52,811 nucleotides of DNA from a virus. Taxonomy: Duplodnaviria > Caudoviricetes. The notes below the pieces were generated by a model that saw only the letters and a program-made list of their open reading frames with translations, made no database searches and had not been told where the DNA came from. The stretch is from positions 1 through 52,811 of the IMG/VR virus record IMGVR_UViG_3300050015_000111. One strand, given 5' to 3'. Position numbers and translations under genes: made by a program. Shown here piece after piece: positions 52,423 through 52,811 of the stretch; position 1 is the stretch's first letter, and every line of letters begins with the position of its first letter.

Positions 52423-52811
52423 ATGACCACCACCCTTCCCACCCTGCACATCACCGCCGAGCACATCCGCGACGGCGTCTACATCGGCCCCGACGTGTCG
52501 GCCGTTGTTGGCCACATCGAGATCGCGGCAGACCTTGGCTGCGTCCAATTCAGCGGTTCTATCGTCGCCACCGGACGCATTCGTGCTTTGTCCGGCTCGG
52601 GCATCAAGGCAAGACTTTACGTGAAAGCGGGCGATTCCGTGAAAGCGGGCTGGTCCGTGAAAGCGGGCGGGTCCGTGAAAGCGGGCGAGTCCGTGGAAGT
52701 GGGCGGGTCCGTGAAAGCGGGCGATTCCGTGAAAGCGGGCTGGTCCGTGAAAGCGGGCGGGTCCGTGGAAGTGGGCGAGTCCGTGGAAGTGGGCGGGTCC
52801 GTGGAAGTGGG
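52423..52811 (+). CDS. Partial hexapeptide-repeat (beta-helix-like) protein
   Basis: AAGGAG RBS; MTTTLPTLHIT..., then (V-K/E-A/V-G-x-S)n to the window end. Confidence 0.75.
   Translation, partial: MTTTLPTLHITAEHIRDGVYIGPDVSAVVGHIEIAADLGCVQFSGSIVATGRIRALSGSGIKARLYVKAGDSVKAGWSVKAGGSVKAGESVEVGGSVKAGDSVKAGWSVKAGGSVEVGESVEVGGSVEV
52621..52811 (+). repeat. 18-bp tandem repeat (GTG AAA/GAA GCG/GTG GGC nnn TCC), more than 10 units
   Basis: Directly visible; truncated by the window end. Confidence 0.95.

Noticed and set aside
52621-52811. Tandem repeat as a CRISPR array
   Set aside because: 18-bp in-frame units with no unique spacers; it is coding.

Overview
The window is most of a tailed-phage genome (podovirus-like gene order, no tape-measure gene seen). 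Its GcrA and GapR homologues point to an alphaproteobacterial host. Almost all genes are on the minus strand. Reading right to left: Cro-like regulator, tRNA(UUG), GcrA, SNF2-type helicase, DNA methyltransferase, GapR, two nucleases, a small plus-strand early cassette, primase-polymerase/helicase with an iteron-rich putative origin, serine resolvase with res-like sites, terminase small/large, portal, GroES-like co-chaperonin, scaffold, major capsid, an HNH/EndoVII endonuclease, head/tail proteins, two GNAT-like genes, two large ejection-type proteins, signal-peptide-bearing fibre-like proteins and a lysis cassette. No integrase, CRISPR array or reverse transcriptase is visible. The most notable unexplained signals are: a recurring [R/K/F/Y]-x-x-GG motif in at least five virion-module proteins, with an internal S74 autocleavage domain (possible diglycine-directed processing system); a tRNA with a Gln anticodon but a non-Gln acceptor stem (G1-U72, G3-U70, U73); a two-state RBS-sequestering leader before the capsid operon; export signals on fibre-like proteins; and repeated leaderless-promoter geometry. 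All calls come from reading motifs by eye, with no database searches.
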